IMG/VR virus record: IMGVR_UViG_2526164633_000021
Coordinates: 1-10,572 of that record
Strand: one strand, 5' to 3'
Source: a virus
Taxonomy: Duplodnaviria; Heunggongvirae; Uroviricota; Caudoviricetes
Length of the DNA: 10,572 bases
This document shows positions 8,041-10,572 of the stretch, piece by piece. The notes beneath the pieces are model-generated. The model worked only from the letters and a program-made list of their open reading frames with translations, was not told the DNA's origin and did not search any database. The stretch's first letter is position 1. Every line of letters starts with the position of its first letter. The translations under genes and the position numbers were made by a program.

Positions 8041-8059
8041 GGCGACGCACTGCGCCGCC
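8041..8059 (-). other. Intercistronic RNA stem-loop between FII and E
   Basis: GGCGGCGCA-G-UGCGUCGCC in the mRNA sense. One stem position is a G-U wobble in the RNA, whereas on the other strand it would be an A-C mismatch. No T-tract follows, so this is not a classic terminator. Confidence 0.35.
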
Positions 8060-8072
8060 TGCATATTACTTA

Positions 8073-8585
8073 TCAGCCAAGCCCAAGCGCGGAACGGATG
8101 CGATCGGGCACAATGTCCTTGCCGTCCTTCCGGTAAATGAAGTTCAGCAGGTCAATCTCCCACAACGGGCGATCGTTAACACTCAGCTTGTAGTAGGTGT
8201 TTTTAATGGCGTAAGTGTGTGATGTGGCTTCGCCCTGTTTGGCTTCCCCCATATCAATTTCCGTCACACGTCCGCGCATTTCGACTTCATACAGGTCGCT
8301 TTCTGCATCGGTGTAGTATTCACCCGCAAAACGCAGCAGCGTGCCGTCAATCGTGCCGCCATACTTCAGGAACAGCTCACGAACTGCGCCCCCCATGACA
8401 AAGCTCGCATCAAGCGCGGAGTCGTCCAGACCGAGATCAATACTTACCGCACCCATCATGCCACCACCCCGGTAGCTGTCGGTTTTGCGCGTCAGCTTAG
8501 GCAGAGTGACGGACGTCACCTTACCCACTTCGTTTTCACCATCCACAAACAGCGTAAAAAAGCGAAGATGTTTTGGCACAGCCAT
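8073..8585 (-). CDS. Tail tube protein (P2 gpFII-like)
   Basis: 170-aa ORF: MAVPKHLRFF...KVTSVTLPKLTRKTDSYRGGGMMGAVSIDLGLDDSALDA matches the FII tail tube family. Its ATG overlaps the FI stop (TGATG). Confidence 0.9.
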   Translation of the reverse strand: MAVPKHLRFFTLFVDGENEVGKVTSVTLPKLTRKTDSYRGGGMMGAVSIDLGLDDSALDASFVMGGAVRELFLKYGGTIDGTLLRFAGEYYTDAESDLYEVEMRGRVTEIDMGEAKQGEATSHTYAIKNTYYKLSVNDRPLWEIDLLNFIYRKDGKDIVPDRIRSALGLG

Positions 8586-9768
8586 CAGGCACCTCCCAGC
8601 ACCGCAAATGCAGGTTCAAAGTATTCATCAGTAAACGTCTGGTAAAGCTCCATGTCTTCCAGTGGCGGAACGGGCGTATATTTGTAGCGAATACGCACAC
8701 GCCCCTGCGTAAATCCGTGGTGCTGTTATCCACCACGTCATACCAGCACTCCGCGCCAATCAGTTTCCCGGCAGTCACCAGTGAATCCAGTTTTGCCCTG
8801 ATGGCACTGATAACATCCTTCACGTTCGCAGGCGTCAGTGGACTGTCGATGGTTTCAAACTGCGCTTCTGCAATTGAATCAGCCAGCACCTGTGCGGTTC
8901 GGGTATACACCTCAAAGATGTAGGCGTTCGTTTCCGGTGTGCGGTTGCCCCAGAAGCGGAACCCGTTGCGACGAATAATGGTCGTGATTTCTTTGTTGTT
9001 GAGGCTGTTGGCATCGCTGTCTTCGGCCTGCAACGACCAGAACACATGCCTCGACATCCCCAGCACATTTTTAACCGGAACGTTGGACAGCGATTTGTGC
9101 CAGCCCTGCTCATGGTCAATGTACGCACGAAGGCCGCACGCATAGGCAGGCGCGGGGAACGTTTCGTTTTTGCCACTTTTCGGGTTGTAGGCGATGAAGT
9201 CCGGCCATAAGAGCATCACTTCACGTTCGTTGAATTTCTGGCGGTAGGTAATCGCTTCAGCCATCGTGTTACAGCCGCGACATGAGGCATACACAAATGC
9301 GCGCAGTTTACCCGCAATCACGCACAGGGATTTTGTCACCGCCTCCGTGTCCAGCTCCGGCGCGGCCAGAATACGCGGACGGTATCCGATGCTTTCATCC
9401 TGCTCTGCAACAAGCAGCGCATACATCCCCGTATAGCTGCCGTCAGATTCAGAACCACCGATAACCAGTTGATCCTGCGTTTTTCCGTCTTCTTCTTTGT
9501 GTTCAGCCACGCGAACGACGATCACCTTTGTGCTCACCTGGTCTGCGATGGCCTTAAGCGCACGATAAAGCGTCCCCGTTGTCCCGCATTTTCCCAGCAC
9601 GTCATTGACGCGGGTCAGCAGTGTGGGCTTGTTCAGCGGGAACAGCTTCGCGTCCGCATCATCCGCCGTTGCCACGATACCGATAACGCTGGAATCAACA
9701 TCGTTAATCGCTGTTACCAGGTCGGTATTTTCCGTAACACGGGCACCATGAAAACGAGTTTCACTCAT
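8585..9768 (-). CDS. Tail sheath protein (P2 gpFI-like); frame disrupted by a 1-nt deficit between plus 8702 and 8726
   Basis: The N-terminal ~355 codons match the sheath family (WPDF, IDHEQGWHKSLSNV, IIRRNGFRFWGNRT, YTRTAQV). The conserved C-terminus RIRYKYTPVPPLEDMELYQTFTDEYFEPAFAVLGGA is in the -1 frame. Length 1184 nt is not a multiple of 3. Confidence 0.85.
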
Positions 9769-9925
9769 AGCTTCAGCCCCTTGTATCCGTTAAATGATTC
9801 GGCAACAATCATCACCCACCACGCGCGTAATCTCACCCCTGCGCCGTTCTCCCGCCACGGCGACAACAAAAAGCAGTAACCCCCTCCGCACGCACATGCG
9901 ACCATGCCGCACAGGGAGGGAGCAG

Positions 9926-10572
9926 ATGACCGACACCACCATGCAATTGCTCAGTCAGGGCACAGACCCCGTGAAAATGCCGGATTTTGATATTCTCGCG
10001 GAGGGTAAAACGCTGTCAGGCGTGGCAGAGCGCCTGATGAGCCTGTCACTGACCGACAACCGGGGATTTGAGGCGGACCAGCTCACCATCACGTTGGATG
10101 ATGCGGATGGTCAGTTGCAGCTACCGCCACGGGGCGCGCGCCTGACGGTTCTCATTGGCTGGAAGGGAGAACCGCTGACAGAAAAAGGCACTTACATTGT
10201 TGATGAAATCGCTCACGAAGGACCGCCGGACAGGCTGACTGTTTCAGCCAGAAGCGCAGATTTTCGGGATGAATTTAACGTTAAACGTGAGGTGTCCTGG
10301 CATGATGTGACCGTTGAGCGTGTGGTATCCGCCATCGCTCATCGGTATGGTCTGAAACCGCAAATCAGCGAAATGCTGATGGATATCGAAATCGACCACG
10401 CCGACCAGACCGAAGAAAGCGACATGTCCTTCCTTACGCGCATGGCGGAAATGCTGGGCGCAATCACCACGGTAAAAAGCGGTAATCTGTTATTCATCAT
10501 GCCCGGTGGTGGCGTGAACGCACAGGGCCAGCCGTTGCCATCGTTCGCCATCACACGCAGCAGCGGCGATCG
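9926..10572 (+). CDS. Tail protein D-like (phage late control gene D / GPD family), N-terminal 215 codons; continues past the window end
   Basis: ATG at 9926 with AGGGAGGG 6 nt upstream. LMSLSLTDNRGFEADQLTITLDDADGQ and SARSADFR...WHD...ESDMSFLTRMAE match the conserved N-terminal region of P2 gpD, as recalled from memory. Confidence 0.85.
   Translation, partial: MTDTTMQLLSQGTDPVKMPDFDILAEGKTLSGVAERLMSLSLTDNRGFEADQLTITLDDADGQLQLPPRGARLTVLIGWKGEPLTEKGTYIVDEIAHEGPPDRLTVSARSADFRDEFNVKREVSWHDVTVERVVSAIAHRYGLKPQISEMLMDIEIDHADQTEESDMSFLTRMAEMLGAITTVKSGNLLFIMPGGGVNAQGQPLPSFAITRSSGD

Noticed and set aside
7378-8222. Plus-strand ORFs (117, 77, 126 and 97 aa) antisense to the E and FII genes
   Set aside because: All overlap well-supported minus-strand genes (tape measure start, E/E', FII) and show no coding signals of their own.
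8536-8700. C-terminal ~50 residues of the 410-aa ORF overlapping FII
   Set aside because: Out-of-frame continuation of the sheath gene after a 1-nt deficit; the real sheath end is in the -1 frame at 8585.
8573-9879. Plus-strand ORFs of 116, 68, 60 and 136 aa antisense to the sheath gene and the FI/D intergenic region
   Set aside because: They overlap a well-supported sheath CDS on the opposite strand and show no coding features.
9769-9925. Ogr-type late promoter (TGT-N12-ACA) in the FI/D intergenic region
   Set aside because: I found only a TGT...ACA pair with ~20-nt spacing (9780-9805) and weak -35/-10-like hexamers. That is not enough to call a promoter, although one almost certainly exists here.
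1-10572. CRISPR arrays, tRNA/rRNA genes, IS elements, toxin-antitoxin or defence-system genes
   Set aside because: No short direct-repeat arrays, no cloverleaf-like conserved tRNA sequence, no transposase-like ORFs. All sizeable ORFs are accounted for by tail, invertase and tail-fibre functions.

Overview
The window is a P2-like myovirus tail module (prophage or phage genome) from an enterobacterial-type sequence, annotated by reading the six-frame translations; no searches were run. Left to right: (i) a truncated second copy of a Gin/Pin/Cin/Hin-family DNA invertase gene on the minus strand (1-489); (ii) a ~2.9 kb invertible tail-fibre segment (570-3495) bounded by two 26-bp gix-like crossover sites in inverted orientation (544-569, 3496-3521), holding two promoterless tail-fibre C-terminal cassettes with their tail-fibre assembly (tfa) genes in convergent orientation; (iii) a full invertase gene on the plus strand (3576-4166); (iv) on the minus strand, tail protein U, the tape measure T, chaperone E with its E+E' -1 frameshift extension, tail tube FII and tail sheath FI; (v) a divergently oriented gpD-like gene (9926 to window end, partial). 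The most unusual point is that the invertible cassette is bracketed by two divergent, ~99% identical invertase copies (an inverted duplication of at least 580 bp), and both crossover sites carry an in-frame stop, so no tail-fibre constant region is joined to either cassette in this window. Also notable: the FI-FII-E-T-U block is inverted relative to D compared with canonical P2 order, and both the tape measure and sheath reading frames are broken by a 1-nt deficit, unambiguously at an A6 run for T and somewhere in a 25-bp zone containing a G4 run for FI. Those two breaks could be sequencing indels, real inactivating mutations, or for T a second programmed frameshift; I cannot tell which from sequence alone. 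No rRNA, tRNA or CRISPR array was seen.
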